Shown here: positions 30,959 to 32,000 of the stretch, piece by piece | Layout of the letters: every line of letters begins with the position of its first letter | How positions within the stretch are numbered: the first letter of the stretch is position 1 | Source of the DNA: Bacillus subtilis subsp. subtilis str. 168 | GTDB lineage: Bacteria; Bacillota; Bacilli; Bacillales; Bacillaceae | DNA length: 32,000 bases | Direction of reading: 5' to 3' | Assembly: GCF_000009045.1 (NCBI RefSeq) | Contig: NC_000964.3 | Coordinates: forward strand, 720,001 to 752,000 | Position numbers and translations under genes: made by a program | The notes under the pieces: model-generated | The model's input: only the letters and a program-made list of their open reading frames with translations | Told to the model about the DNA's origin: nothing | Databases searched by the model: none

Positions 30959-32000
30959 TTGAGTCAAGCCATACCGTCTTCGCGTGTTGGTGTTAAGATT
31001 AATGAATGGTATAAAATGATTCGCCAGTTCAGTGTTCCGGATGCTGAGATTCTGAAAGCGGAGGTTGAGCAGGACATTCAGCAGATGGAAGAAGATCAGG
31101 ATTTACTGATCTATTATTCTCTGATGTGTTTTCGGCACCAGCTGATGCTTGATTATTTGGAGCCGGGAAAAACATACGGGAATCGCCCTACAGTGACAGA
31201 GCTTCTTGAAACGATCGAGACCCCTCAGAAAAAACTCACAGGTCTTTTGAAATACTACTCTTTGTTTTTCCGCGGCATGTATGAATTTGACCAAAAAGAA
31301 TATGTGGAAGCGATCGGATATTATCGCGAGGCGGAGAAAGAACTGCCGTTTGTGTCAGATGATATTGAGAAAGCGGAATTCCATTTTAAAGTGGCAGAAG
31401 CGTATTATCACATGAAGCAAACCCATGTGTCGATGTATCATATTCTTCAAGCCTTGGACATTTATCAAAACCATCCTCTATACAGCATTAGAACGATACA
31501 AAGCTTGTTTGTGATCGCCGGCAACTATGATGATTTCAAACATTATGATAAAGCGCTCCCGCATTTAGAGGCGGCGCTGGAATTGGCAATGGACATTCAA
31601 AATGACAGGTTTATCGCCATTTCTCTATTGAACATTGCAAACAGCTATGACAGATCAGGAGACGATCAGATGGCTGTAGAACATTTCCAAAAAGCGGCGA
31701 AAGTAAGCAGAGAGAAAGTGCCTGATCTGCTTCCGAAAGTCTTGTTTGGATTAAGCTGGACATTATGTAAAGCGGGCCAAACACAGAAGGCGTTTCAGTT
31801 CATAGAGGAAGGATTAGACCATATCACAGCACGTTCTCACAAATTTTATAAAGAATTGTTTCTGTTCTTGCAGGCCGTGTACAAGGAGACTGTTGATGAA
31901 CGAAAAATTCATGATCTTTTAAGCTATTTCGAAAAAAAGAACCTGCACGCTTACATTGAAGCATGTGCCCGGAGTGCTGCCGCTGTTTTTGAAAGCAGCT
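30959..32000 (+). CDS. rapH: Rap-family TPR response-regulator aspartate phosphatase (RapH), 3' truncated by window edge
   Basis: TTG start after GAAGGAGG; VGVKINEWYKMIRQFSVPDAEILKAEVEQDIQQMEEDQDLLIYYSLMCFRHQLML and TPR repeats; open to the window end (not in the ORF track because there is no stop). Confidence 0.93.
   Translation, partial: MSQAIPSSRVGVKINEWYKMIRQFSVPDAEILKAEVEQDIQQMEEDQDLLIYYSLMCFRHQLMLDYLEPGKTYGNRPTVTELLETIETPQKKLTGLLKYYSLFFRGMYEFDQKEYVEAIGYYREAEKELPFVSDDIEKAEFHFKVAEAYYHMKQTHVSMYHILQALDIYQNHPLYSIRTIQSLFVIAGNYDDFKHYDKALPHLEAALELAMDIQNDRFIAISLLNIANSYDRSGDDQMAVEHFQKAAKVSREKVPDLLPKVLFGLSWTLCKAGQTQKAFQFIEEGLDHITARSHKFYKELFLFLQAVYKETVDERKIHDLLSYFEKKNLHAYIEACARSAAAVFESS

Overview
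This window reads as Bacillus subtilis-type chromosome (gene order and protein identity recalled from knowledge, no database used). The conserved backbone is pcrA (3' part)-ligA-yerH/camS-like, yerI, sapB(-), opuE(-), gatCAB, yerO(-)/swrC, dgkB, rlmCD. From about 18,985 to 27,550 an AT-rich accessory island interrupts it. The island holds two 5'-truncated serine-recombinase fragments placed head to head (yefB/yefC), then a compact three-gene cassette, yeeA-yeeB-yeeC: a DPACGSGNF/NPPY DNA adenine methyltransferase, an SF2 DEAD/H-like ATPase, and a GIY-YIG/T5orf172-like protein. This cassette is the best candidate for a restriction/anti-phage-type system. Next comes a polymorphic-toxin neighbourhood: an orphan colicin-type immunity-like gene (yezA), immunity yezG and the LXG nuclease toxin yeeF. 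The window ends with a membrane-anchored propeller-like protein and rapH (5' part). Main non-obvious signals are: (i) yeeB ends at an in-frame TAG followed by 40 open codons that reach the yeeC start, and this segment resembles the YeeC N-terminal region; (ii) a recombinase/resolvase breakpoint; (iii) two 122-nt inverted copies of a hairpin-forming element flanking dgkB, with apparent compensatory substitutions; (iv) 60 open codons without a start fused in frame upstream of yezA; (v) a nested inverted repeat upstream of opuE.
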